Shown piece after piece: positions 1 to 8,552 of a stretch of DNA of 64,000 bases (position 1 is the stretch's first letter; each line of letters starts with the position of its first letter). Source of the DNA: Treponemataceae bacterium (GTDB lineage: Bacteria; Spirochaetota; Spirochaetia; Treponematales; Rectinemataceae); assembly GCA_963677895.2 (NCBI GenBank), contig CAXXGJ010000038.1, positions 352,001 through 416,000 on the forward strand. The letters run 5' to 3'. A program made the translations under genes and the position numbers. The notes under the pieces are model-generated. The model worked only from the letters and a program-made list of their open reading frames with translations, was not told where the DNA came from and did not search any database.

Positions 1-3000
1 GCCGCGAAGCAGTTCCTCGGGCGACAGCTCCCCCGATCCTTCCAACGAGGCATGGGCTCGGAAGCCCTTAAGGCCGACGATTCCCAGGTCATAGCCGCTC
101 AAGCCGATTTTCAGCCTGCCTTGACCTTCCGTATATCCTATATCTAGATCGTACTGAGCGACTCCGCTGCCCAAGGAGCCTTCGCCGATAAAACGACCGC
201 GGCCCTCGAGCCCCTTTGCGCCATAGCTTCCGCCAAGGCCGCCAGAAAGCCCGTAGCCCTTCCCCCTCAGCGTCAGGGCAGTCACGTCCACCTTGCCGTC
301 GCTCACATTCAGTCCATTCATCCAGAGGGCTGGATATTCTCCCTTCCCCTCGTAACGCAGGGCAATCTCGTCGCCTTCCAGCCGCCAGGCCTTGTCCGCC
401 CCGTAGAATCCCCGCAGCGACAGGTCCCCATAAATACGGCCTTCATCCAGAGCCAAAGGCAAGTCGCGGGCTTTCAGGCTGCCCTTGAGCGTTCCGTCTT
501 TCCCGATAACAAGCTCACCAATGAGGCCGTATTCTCCCTTCAGGGTCGCCTGACCGTTTGCATAGCTTCCCTCCAGCCCATAGCTCAGCCCTCGATAGCC
601 AAGGTTTCCGGCAAACTTCGTCAGGGCTCCGAACTCGCCCTTTCCTTTGACGCTGACCGTCTCCCCGGCAACCTTCGCCTCAAGATTTCGTATTTCATAC
701 CGGCTTTGATCGCCCGATCCGGAACCCGTCAGGATGATCTTGGTGCCATCGACATCGAGGGCTCCCTCCATTCCGAAAGCCGCCCATGATATCTTTCCCT
801 TGTCTCCCTTGATGCTCAGGATTCCGCTCAGCGACGCCTGCCTGATCCCGTCCGCGGACAGCTGGACCCCGAAGCCCCGCGCGACACTCAACATACCCAG
901 CATGTCCAAGTCCTGGAGGTTCATCCGCCATTCGTAGCCGGAATTCCCCTTCAGGATAAATCCATCGCCCTCGACTTTTCCGGCTCCTATTTCCGCCTTC
1001 AGCCTGAGTCCGTATCTATCGCCTTCGCTTTTTATTCCAGCAGTCAGATTTTTGAGCCCGACGCCCCCCAGGAGACCTTCCCCGACGGTCACGTCATAGC
1101 TCCCTCGCTCCCCCTTCACCGTCCCCCGCAGCGCTTCCCCATCTTTCGAGAGGGAGATCTCGCCGGCCGCCGCCAGTCCCTCAAAGCCGAACGAACCTTC
1201 ATAACCTATCCTGTAATCGCCAAGCCTTCCCTTGACGGCTATTTCCCCAAATCCCCGCTCATTTCCCTTTCCGACAAGCTCCACGCTCGCGCCCGCCACC
1301 GGCAGGCCGCTCACTTTCTGCCCCGCCTCGCCCTTCACGAAAACGTCGCCCTCATACTTCAATCCGTTTTTATCGTACGCAAAGGAGGCTCCGCCATCGT
1401 AGCGCAGCGCGAGATACTCCTTCAGCGCGCCCGCCAGTCCCAGGACATCGCCCTCAGGCCGATACCCTTTCAGATTGACAGCTCCCGTCACGGACTCACC
1501 GCCAAGCGCGTATCGCAGGACCGCGTCGAAGCCTTTTCCGTTCCCTATCTTCAGCGAAAGGTCATTGCCAGATTTACTAAGCTCCAGCCTCTGATCGGAA
1601 ATCGTCATGGCGCTGCCCTCAAGGCCGGCGCTACCCGCAAGCCCGGCTTTGCCTTTCAGCACCCAGCCGTCCAGCTTCCCGTACTCGCCGCGCGACAGTT
1701 CCTCGAACGACAGTTCACCGGATCCCTCGAGCAAGGCTTTTGCCCGGTAGCCATTTACGCCTATCAGCCCCAGGTCATAGTCGTCCACCTGCAGCTTCAG
1801 CTTGCCGATGCCTTCGCCGTAGCCCAGACTCAGCCCATAACGAGCCGTTCCGCCGCCAAGCGTCCCTTCCCCGACAAGAGTGGCGGAGCCCTCCATGGCA
1901 TTTTTTCCATAGCTTCCTCTCAGGCCGCCGGATAGACCGTAACCCTTGCCCCGCAGCGACAAGGTCTCCACGGACAGCTTTCCCGCGTCGAGTTTCAGGT
2001 TCTTCAGTTCGATTGTCGGGATTTCTCCCTTCCCTTCGTACCGTACGCTGACTTCGTCGCCTTCCACCCTCCAGGTCCCGTTCGCCGCATAATCGCCACG
2101 CAGCGACAGATCCAGGTTGAGAAGGCCGCCATCCACGGCCAAGGGAAGACCTTTAGCCTTGAGGTTTCCGCCGAAGGCTCCCCCTTCGAGGAATCGTACC
2201 TCGCCTTTAACCCCATAGCCGCCGTTCAGGGTCACCAGCCCCTTTCCGTAAGTCCCTTCCAGCAGGTAGGACCTCTCCCGATACGCAAGCTTGACTTTGA
2301 AGCCCAGCTCAGTTCCGTATTTTCCAGTACCATCAATAGATAAGGACTGGCCATCCTTCTCCAGTTCACCCTTGAGCCTCAGGCTGTAGATATCGCCCCG
2401 CTTCTCCACTCCGGCCATCAAGTCCCTGATCGTAAGGCCTTTCAGGACGGCATCTCCGACCGATAGGGCGTAGCTTCCGTTCTCGCCCTCGAGATTCCCC
2501 CGAAGGGTTTCATTTTCGGCGGACAGGGACAATGCGCCGGAAATTTTCAGCCCCTTATAGTCCAGCGGGCCTTCATACCCTAGGGTATAGGCGCCTACCT
2601 TGCCCTTAAGCCGCAGGTTTTCCAGTCCCTCCGCGTTTCCCTTCCCGACGGCTTCCAGCTCCGCGCCTTCCACCGACAGCCCGCCCACGCGCTTACCGGC
2701 TTCCCCGGCGGCCTGCAGACGACCTTCATAGGACAGCCCGCCTTTTCCGTAGGAAAAAAGGACTTCACCCTGGTATTTCAGCCCGAACAGATCCTTGAGG
2801 AGGGCATCGAATCCGGCCAGGTCGGCTTCGGGCCTATAATCCTTCAGCCTTACCTCGCCATCCAAAGCTTCTTTCCTCGGCGAGTACCGCAGGGTTCCTT
2901 CCAGACCGCTTCCGTTCTCCAGCCTCAGTTCGAACATCTCGCCCGATTTCGCGATGGACATCTTCTGTTCGGCCAGCGTCATGGTTCCATAACGCGCGGA

Positions 3001-3705
3001 AAGCCCGAGCGAAGCCGTAAGCTGGGAAAAATCGGTCGGCATGGCTGCCCTGGCCATCGTCACCTGCAGGAAGACTTCCCGCGCCTCGGCGGCGGGAACC
3101 GTGGCGAAGACGATCGCGGAGGGCACGACCAATTCCAGCAGACCTGAGATCGTGGATACCTGGAGCGAAGATATGGACGCGCCGTATTTTCCTCTCTCGC
3201 CATCGCGGATGCCGATGGAGATATCGCTGAGGTCGATGGAGAGACGCGGCAATTCGCCGGCCGGCTGATCGGCCAGATACTTGTTGATGTTGTCGTAAAT
3301 GCTGACATCGTCGGGAAATTCCAGGTCGATGCCTATGCCGGAGACCCGTATCTCCCTGACGATGTCGGCCGGTTTTCCGAAAATCGCGGCCCAGAGATCG
3401 ACGCGCAGCTCCAGGTCTCGCGCCGAAATCACCTTGCGGCGCAAAATGGAATAATCGTCTGCGGTTTCCTGGAAAAGCTCTATATCGTGGATGGATACGC
3501 GGCTGGATGAGGATAGTACGGCGTACCCGTAGCCCAGCCTGAGGCCTGTAATCGAAAAGACGGTATCCTGGAGGGAATTGATGACGGTTTCGATGCGCTT
3601 GTCGGCATACTTCCGCACACGTGGTACGGTGTACACCGCGAGTATCCCTGCGACCAGAACCGCGATTATGACGGCCCAGGCCAATTTAGCGCTTTTTCGT
3701 GCCAT
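1..3705 (-). CDS. Giant TamB/AsmA-like envelope protein, 5' part (runs off the window's left edge, >1235 aa)
   Basis: Absent from the ORF track, consistent with no stop inside the window. ATG at 3705 after AGGA. N-terminus MARKSAKLAWAVIIAVLVAGILAVYTV is one TM anchor, followed by Gly-rich amphipathic beta-strands. Same frame confirmed by translating several segments down to base 1. Family is inferred from architecture. Confidence 0.75.
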   Translation of the reverse strand, partial: MARKSAKLAWAVIIAVLVAGILAVYTVPRVRKYADKRIETVINSLQDTVFSITGLRLGYGYAVLSSSSRVSIHDIELFQETADDYSILRRKVISARDLELRVDLWAAIFGKPADIVREIRVSGIGIDLEFPDDVSIYDNINKYLADQPAGELPRLSIDLSDISIGIRDGERGKYGASISSLQVSTISGLLELVVPSAIVFATVPAAEAREVFLQVTMARAAMPTDFSQLTASLGLSARYGTMTLAEQKMSIAKSGEMFELRLENGSGLEGTLRYSPRKEALDGEVRLKDYRPEADLAGFDALLKDLFGLKYQGEVLFSYGKGGLSYEGRLQAAGEAGKRVGGLSVEGAELEAVGKGNAEGLENLRLKGKVGAYTLGYEGPLDYKGLKISGALSLSAENETLRGNLEGENGSYALSVGDAVLKGLTIRDLMAGVEKRGDIYSLRLKGELEKDGQSLSIDGTGKYGTELGFKVKLAYRERSYLLEGTYGKGLVTLNGGYGVKGEVRFLEGGAFGGNLKAKGLPLAVDGGLLNLDLSLRGDYAANGTWRVEGDEVSVRYEGKGEIPTIELKNLKLDAGKLSVETLSLRGKGYGLSGGLRGSYGKNAMEGSATLVGEGTLGGGTARYGLSLGYGEGIGKLKLQVDDYDLGLIGVNGYRAKALLEGSGELSFEELSRGEYGKLDGWVLKGKAGLAGSAGLEGSAMTISDQRLELSKSGNDLSLKIGNGKGFDAVLRYALGGESVTGAVNLKGYRPEGDVLGLAGALKEYLALRYDGGASFAYDKNGLKYEGDVFVKGEAGQKVSGLPVAGASVELVGKGNERGFGEIAVKGRLGDYRIGYEGSFGFEGLAAAGEISLSKDGEALRGTVKGERGSYDVTVGEGLLGGVGLKNLTAGIKSEGDRYGLRLKAEIGAGKVEGDGFILKGNSGYEWRMNLQDLDMLGMLSVARGFGVQLSADGIRQASLSGILSIKGDKGKISWAAFGMEGALDVDGTKIILTGSGSGDQSRYEIRNLEAKVAGETVSVKGKGEFGALTKFAGNLGYRGLSYGLEGSYANGQATLKGEYGLIGELVIGKDGTLKGSLKARDLPLALDEGRIYGDLSLRGFYGADKAWRLEGDEIALRYEGKGEYPALWMNGLNVSDGKVDVTALTLRGKGYGLSGGLGGSYGAKGLEGRGRFIGEGSLGSGVAQYDLDIGYTEGQGRLKIGLSGYDLGIVGLKGFRAHASLEGSGELSPEELLRG

Positions 3706-3758
3706 CCGATCAATTCCTGCGTAGAAAATATGAGCTGTGCCCTATATACTAACACATC

Positions 3759-4412
3759 ATGCAAAGCTATGACACAGTTACGGCCATAAAAAACTTCATC
3801 GTTTTTGAAGGCATAGACGGTTCCGGGACGACGACACAGATGCGAAGGCTTTCGTCGATGATGGAAAAAAACGCCATTCCCCATATGATCACCGCGGAGC
3901 CCACATCCCGCCCCGAAGGCGTCCTCATCCGACGAGTCCTCAGAGGGGACATCAAGGCCGAACCTGGCACGGTCGCCTACCTCTTCGCCGCGGATCGATA
4001 TCAGCATGTTTTTGGCGAAGAAGGCATTCTCAACGCGACCAAGGGGGGAAAAATCGTCGTCTGCGACCGCTATTCCCTGTCCAGTCTCGCCTATCAGGGC
4101 ATCACCTGCGGCAAGGAGCTTCCGAGGCGTCTCAACGAGATATTCCCCATTCCCGGCCTCACGATTTTTTTCAAAATCGATCCGGAGACAGCCATGCGCA
4201 GGGTCAGCGCAAGGGATCAGTTAGAGATTTATGAAAAACTGCACATCCAGAAGCAAGTGAGCGCGGCATATGAGGAAGCGCTGGCCGACGCGAAGGCCGC
4301 CGGATGGAAAATCGCGGTAATAGACGCGGAAAAATCCATGGACGAAGTCACCGGGCAGATATTCCTGGCCCTGGAGAATCATCTGGAGACTCGTCTGGTG
4401 ACGCGTCTATAG
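3759..4412 (+). CDS. tmk: Thymidylate kinase
   Basis: FIVFEGIDGSGTTT P-loop, EP and CDRY..SS.AYQG motifs. Confidence 0.95.
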   Translation: MQSYDTVTAIKNFIVFEGIDGSGTTTQMRRLSSMMEKNAIPHMITAEPTSRPEGVLIRRVLRGDIKAEPGTVAYLFAADRYQHVFGEEGILNATKGGKIVVCDRYSLSSLAYQGITCGKELPRRLNEIFPIPGLTIFFKIDPETAMRRVSARDQLEIYEKLHIQKQVSAAYEEALADAKAAGWKIAVIDAEKSMDEVTGQIFLALENHLETRLVTRL

Positions 4413-4430
4413 ACGCGTCGGGAATACTGA

Positions 4431-5474
4431 TCAGCGGATGAGCATTGCGTCGCCGTAGCTGAAGAACCTGTATCCCTTCTCGATGGCTTCTGCATAGGTA
4501 TTCAGGATGCTTTCCCTCCCGGCGAAGGCCGAGACGAGCATGAGCAGGGTGGACATGGGCGTATGGAAATTCGTGAACAGCTGGTCGATCACGTTGAAAC
4601 GATATCCGGGATAGATGAATATGCTCGTGCTCGAGGCGCCGGCGCGCAGACCCTCGGGACTCCATGAAGATTCCAGCGTCCTCAGGCTCGTCGTTCCGAC
4701 GGCAAGGATCTTGCGTCCCTCCCTCTTCGCGGCATTGACCGCGGCCGCCGTTTTCTCTGATACCGAATACCATTCCTCGTGCATCCTGTGCTGCTCGATC
4801 TGTTCCGCGCGAACGGGCAGGAAGGTTCCAAGCCCCACATGAAGGGTAACCCATTCCATCTGAATGCCGGCCGCGGCGATCGAATCGAGGATAGCCTCGG
4901 TGAAATGAAGTCCGGCTGTGGGGCATGCCGCCGAGCCCGTCATCCTGGCATAGACGGTCTGGTACCTGTCGGAGTCGGCCGTATCGTCGTCCCTTTTTAT
5001 ATAGGGAGGAAGAGGGATATGGCCATTGAGGTCCAGGTAGGCGTCCCCCACGGGAAGGTCGAACTCGATTATTTTTTCGTCGGCGTTTTCCCCGACGATG
5101 CTGCCCTTTATGCCGCCCGGGAAAAGATAGGTTCTTCCGATTTTTTGCCTTCTGGCCTTGCTGGCCATGGCGATCCAGGAAGTGGCCGAGACCACGGGAC
5201 CGATTTGTCCGCCAACGGGAGAGAGAAGGAGGAATTCCACCTTGGCGCCGGTATCGAGCGCCGTGCCATAAAGCCTTGCCTTTCTGACCTTGGAATCGTT
5301 GAATACCATGACGGTACCCGGTTCGAGGAAGCTCGCCACGTCGGACACCATCGAATGCTTCCGATTTCCGTTGGCGCGGTCCAGGACCAGAAGCCGCGAC
5401 TCGCCGCGCTTTTCGGTCGGATATTGGGCTATCGATGTTTCGGGAAGGTTAAAATTGAAGTCGTCCGTTCTCAC
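4431..5474 (-). CDS. queA: SAM:tRNA ribosyltransferase-isomerase
   Basis: [35 protein letters not shown] and FFSYGDAM motifs. Confidence 0.97.
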   Translation of the reverse strand: MRTDDFNFNLPETSIAQYPTEKRGESRLLVLDRANGNRKHSMVSDVASFLEPGTVMVFNDSKVRKARLYGTALDTGAKVEFLLLSPVGGQIGPVVSATSWIAMASKARRQKIGRTYLFPGGIKGSIVGENADEKIIEFDLPVGDAYLDLNGHIPLPPYIKRDDDTADSDRYQTVYARMTGSAACPTAGLHFTEAILDSIAAAGIQMEWVTLHVGLGTFLPVRAEQIEQHRMHEEWYSVSEKTAAAVNAAKREGRKILAVGTTSLRTLESSWSPEGLRAGASSTSIFIYPGYRFNVIDQLFTNFHTPMSTLLMLVSAFAGRESILNTYAEAIEKGYRFFSYGDAMLIR

Positions 5475-6504
5475 TGCTGTACTCCATGCCTAGATGTTTG
5501 TATGCGAACGGCGTCGCTATGCGTCCACGCGGCGTTCTCGCCAAGAGTCCCGCCTGGATGAGGAAGGGTTCGTAGTAATCTTCGAGGCTGTCCACGCCCT
5601 CCCCGACCGTTATGGCCAGAGTCTCGGCTCCCACGGGTCCGCCGGAATATTTCGTGATGATTGCCTTCAGGATATCCCTATCGAGGCGTTCGAGGCCGAG
5701 TTCGTCCACTTCGAGGCGGGACAGCCCTTCCCTCACGACCTCGATGTCGATGGAATCCTTGCCGGCCACCTGGGCGAAATCCCTCATGCGGCGCAGGAGC
5801 CTGTTCGCGATGCGCGGGGTGCCGCGACTCGTGGACGCCAGAAGCCTCACGGCTTCCCTGCCGATTTTTATCGCCAGTATCGAGGCGGAGCGGTTGATGA
5901 CGAGTTCCAGTTCCTCGGCGCTGTAATAATCGAACCTAAGCGAAATCCCGAAACGGCTTGCCAGGGGAGCCGAGACCATGCCGGCCTTCGTCGTCGCGCC
6001 GATCAGGGTAAAGGGCGGTACAGGCACGCGCACCGTCCTCGCTGAGGGTCCCTGGCCGATGATCCAGTCCAGCTCGAAATCCTCCATGGCGATATAGAGC
6101 ATTTCCTCGATAGCCGGCTTGAGTCTGTGGATTTCATCGATGAAAAAGACGGATCCCGGCCGCAGCGTCGTCAGGATGCCCGCGAGGTCTTTGGGCTTTT
6201 CCAGGGCTGGCGCGCTGGTAGGCTTGAAATCCGAGCCCATCTCGGAGGCCACGACGAGGGCTAGGGTCGTCTTTCCGAGCCCCGGGGGCCCCATGAGAAA
6301 AAGATGATCCAGGGGTTCGCCGCGTTCGGTGGCCGCCCTGATGAATATCGAAAGATTTTCCTTTATGCGAGCCTGTCCCTGGAATTCCGAGAGGACGTGA
6401 GGCCGCAGGGTAGCCTCGCGCTCGTCTTCGGCGGGATCGAAATTGGGATCCATGGCGCCGCTTTTCATGTCGAAATCAGTATTTTCAGCCGACGCCTTCC
6501 TCAT
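5449..6504 (-). CDS. ruvB: Holliday junction branch-migration ATPase RuvB
   Basis: [38 protein letters not shown]...RTPRGR. Confidence 0.98.
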   Translation of the reverse strand: MRKASAENTDFDMKSGAMDPNFDPAEDEREATLRPHVLSEFQGQARIKENLSIFIRAATERGEPLDHLFLMGPPGLGKTTLALVVASEMGSDFKPTSAPALEKPKDLAGILTTLRPGSVFFIDEIHRLKPAIEEMLYIAMEDFELDWIIGQGPSARTVRVPVPPFTLIGATTKAGMVSAPLASRFGISLRFDYYSAEELELVINRSASILAIKIGREAVRLLASTSRGTPRIANRLLRRMRDFAQVAGKDSIDIEVVREGLSRLEVDELGLERLDRDILKAIITKYSGGPVGAETLAITVGEGVDSLEDYYEPFLIQAGLLARTPRGRIATPFAYKHLGMEYSSENGRLQF

Positions 6505-7133
6505 TTGGAGCCCCCGGCGGAAAGGTCTAGGAGAGCTCGCCTGAAGAGTTCACGTTCGCCCGATGGCGAACGGTCGGCGCCCGCCGAATCGGCGGCGCCC
6601 GAGGGAATGTCGGCCGAAAGCTTCCGTACCGAAGCCTCCACCGATTTTCTGTCGAAGCCCATGTCGGCGAGCGCGCTCACCACATCGCTCCAGGGCGAAG
6701 AAGCCACGGCGGCCTCCCCTTCGGCGCTTAGGTCGACAAGGCGCCCCTTGAGCGCCAGCACCATCTTCTGGGCCATCTTGGGCCCCACGCCGGAAATTTT
6801 CTGGAGAGCCGAGAGATTGCCCGCGTCGAGCGCGGCGGCCAGATCCATCGGGGAAATCCCCGAAAGTATCTTGAGCGCCTGCTTGGGCCCGATGCCTTCC
6901 ACCTTCATGAGATCGAGGAATATCGCGCGTTCGTGTTCCGACGGAAAGCCGAAGAGCTTCATGCCGTCCTCGTAATGATGAAGCCAGACGAAAACCTCGG
7001 TCTGCTCGCCCGCCGGCCCGAAAAGCCCGGACGCGCGCGCGGGAACGGCGATATCCCATTCGATGCCGCCGGTGAGGACGAATATGGAACCGGCCGAGCG
7101 GCCCGAAAGAAGACCCAGTATTCTATTGAACAT
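6501..7133 (-). CDS. ruvA: Holliday junction DNA-binding protein RuvA
   Basis: LFGF, two HhH motifs ([14 protein letters not shown]), ALADMGF; lies between ruvC and ruvB. Confidence 0.96.
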   Translation of the reverse strand: MFNRILGLLSGRSAGSIFVLTGGIEWDIAVPARASGLFGPAGEQTEVFVWLHHYEDGMKLFGFPSEHERAIFLDLMKVEGIGPKQALKILSGISPMDLAAALDAGNLSALQKISGVGPKMAQKMVLALKGRLVDLSAEGEAAVASSPWSDVVSALADMGFDRKSVEASVRKLSADIPSGAADSAGADRSPSGERELFRRALLDLSAGGSK

Positions 7134-7149
7134 TGAGGGAAGTATAACA
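7134..7149 (-). promoter_or_regulatory. Extended -10 promoter directly before ruvA (leaderless-type, internal to the ruv cluster)
   Basis: Minus strand reads TG-T-TATACT-TCCCTCA-ATG with no SD motif. Confidence 0.65.
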
Positions 7150-7209
7150 GGTTTCGCGCCGCCTGCGCCAGAGCGGGGGACGATGAGCCGGCGTAATGTC
7201 AGTACTATG

Positions 7210-7755
7210 TCAGGAAAGGGATATGCCTACAGGGCCTTCGGAATGCAGTCTGCATATGGCGGCGGCCAAGGCGTCGGCGGCATGATCAGGAGAGGGTTTC
7301 TTCTCGAGCCCGAGCAGAATCCTCACCATCTCCTGCACCTGAGCCTTGTCGGCCCTCGCCGTCCCCGTCACGGCTTTCTTGATGGCGTTGGGAGTGAACT
7401 CGGCAAGGGGCACGGAGGCCAGGATAAAGACCAGCTTGATGACGCCCCTGGCCTCGGCCACGGGCAGGGCGGAACTGACGTTGCGGAAGAAATACAAATC
7501 CTCGATGCCGCCCACGTCGGGCTTGTAGAGGGTCAGTATGGAATGTATTTCGTTGAAAATGATCTGGAGCCTTTCGGCGGATGGCATTTCGGAAGATGTC
7601 TTGACGCAGCCGTGGGCAAGGTGCCTGATCTGGCCGCTTTTGCCCTCGACGATAAGACCGTAGCCCAGCGAGGCGAGGCCGGGATCGATGCCAATGATGA
7701 TCCGCTCGCCGCGGATCCGTGTCGACATCATAGTCCCGGCCTTGTCATCCCTCAC
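7210..7755 (-). CDS. ruvC: Crossover junction endodeoxyribonuclease RuvC
   Basis: IGIDPGL..LGYG, EARG, KKAVTG..ADKAQV, DHAADALA; exact start uncertain. Confidence 0.96.
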   Translation of the reverse strand: MRDDKAGTMMSTRIRGERIIIGIDPGLASLGYGLIVEGKSGQIRHLAHGCVKTSSEMPSAERLQIIFNEIHSILTLYKPDVGGIEDLYFFRNVSSALPVAEARGVIKLVFILASVPLAEFTPNAIKKAVTGTARADKAQVQEMVRILLGLEKKPSPDHAADALAAAICRLHSEGPVGISLS

Positions 7756-8486
7756 TCTTCTGATTCGGGAAGTTCCATGTTGTGATAGACGTTCTGGACG
7801 TCTTCGTTCTCTTCGAGCCTGTCGATGATTTTCTGCACTTTGCCCGCCGCTTCGGCATCGAGGGCCAGGTACACATCGGGGATCATCGAGATTTCGGCGC
7901 CGAGCGTCGCGAAATTCTTGGCGTTCATGGCGTTGAGCACGTCTTCGAAGGTGGCCGGATCGGTATATACGGAGACGGTCCCTTCCTCGCTGACTATATC
8001 GTCGGCGCCGGCTTCGAGGGCCGCTTCCATGATCTGGTCTTCGGAATAGACTTCGGCGTCGTAGGTCAGGACGCCCTTGCGCTTGAAAAGGTAGGAAACA
8101 GAGCCGGAGGTTCCGAGGTTGGCGCCGGATCGGGTGAGAAGGTTGCGGATTTCTGCCGCCGCGCGGTTCTTGTTCTCGGTGAGGACCTCGATGAGCATCG
8201 CGCCGCCGCCGGGAGCGTAGGCTTCGTAGACGAGTTCTTCGTAGTTGACGCCCTCAAGTTCTCCCGCGCCCTTCTTGATGGCACGGTCGATATTGTCCTT
8301 GGGCATGTTCGCGGCTCTCGCCTTCAGGATTGAAGTGCGCAAACGTGGATTCATGTCCGGGTCGCCGCCGCCCATCCTGGCGGCTATGGAAATTTCCTTG
8401 ATGAACTTGGTAAACATCTGACCGCGCTTGGCGTCGGCCAGTCCCTTTTTGTGCTTTATGGTCGCCCATTTACTATGACCGGACAT
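7752..8486 (-). CDS. yebC: YebC/PmpR family protein
   Basis: MSGHSKWATIKHKK N-terminus and DVQNVYHN C-terminus. Confidence 0.97.
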   Translation of the reverse strand: MSGHSKWATIKHKKGLADAKRGQMFTKFIKEISIAARMGGGDPDMNPRLRTSILKARAANMPKDNIDRAIKKGAGELEGVNYEELVYEAYAPGGGAMLIEVLTENKNRAAAEIRNLLTRSGANLGTSGSVSYLFKRKGVLTYDAEVYSEDQIMEAALEAGADDIVSEEGTVSVYTDPATFEDVLNAMNAKNFATLGAEISMIPDVYLALDAEAAGKVQKIIDRLEENEDVQNVYHNMELPESEE

Positions 8487-8552
8487 AGGATCTCCTTATA
8501 TAAACCCAACAAATGACGCAAAACGATAGCATAGCAACGAAATAACTGTCAA

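Noticed and set aside
216..3308. Short ORFs listed in the first 3.3 kb
   Set aside because: All lie within the large minus-strand reading frame that runs off the window.
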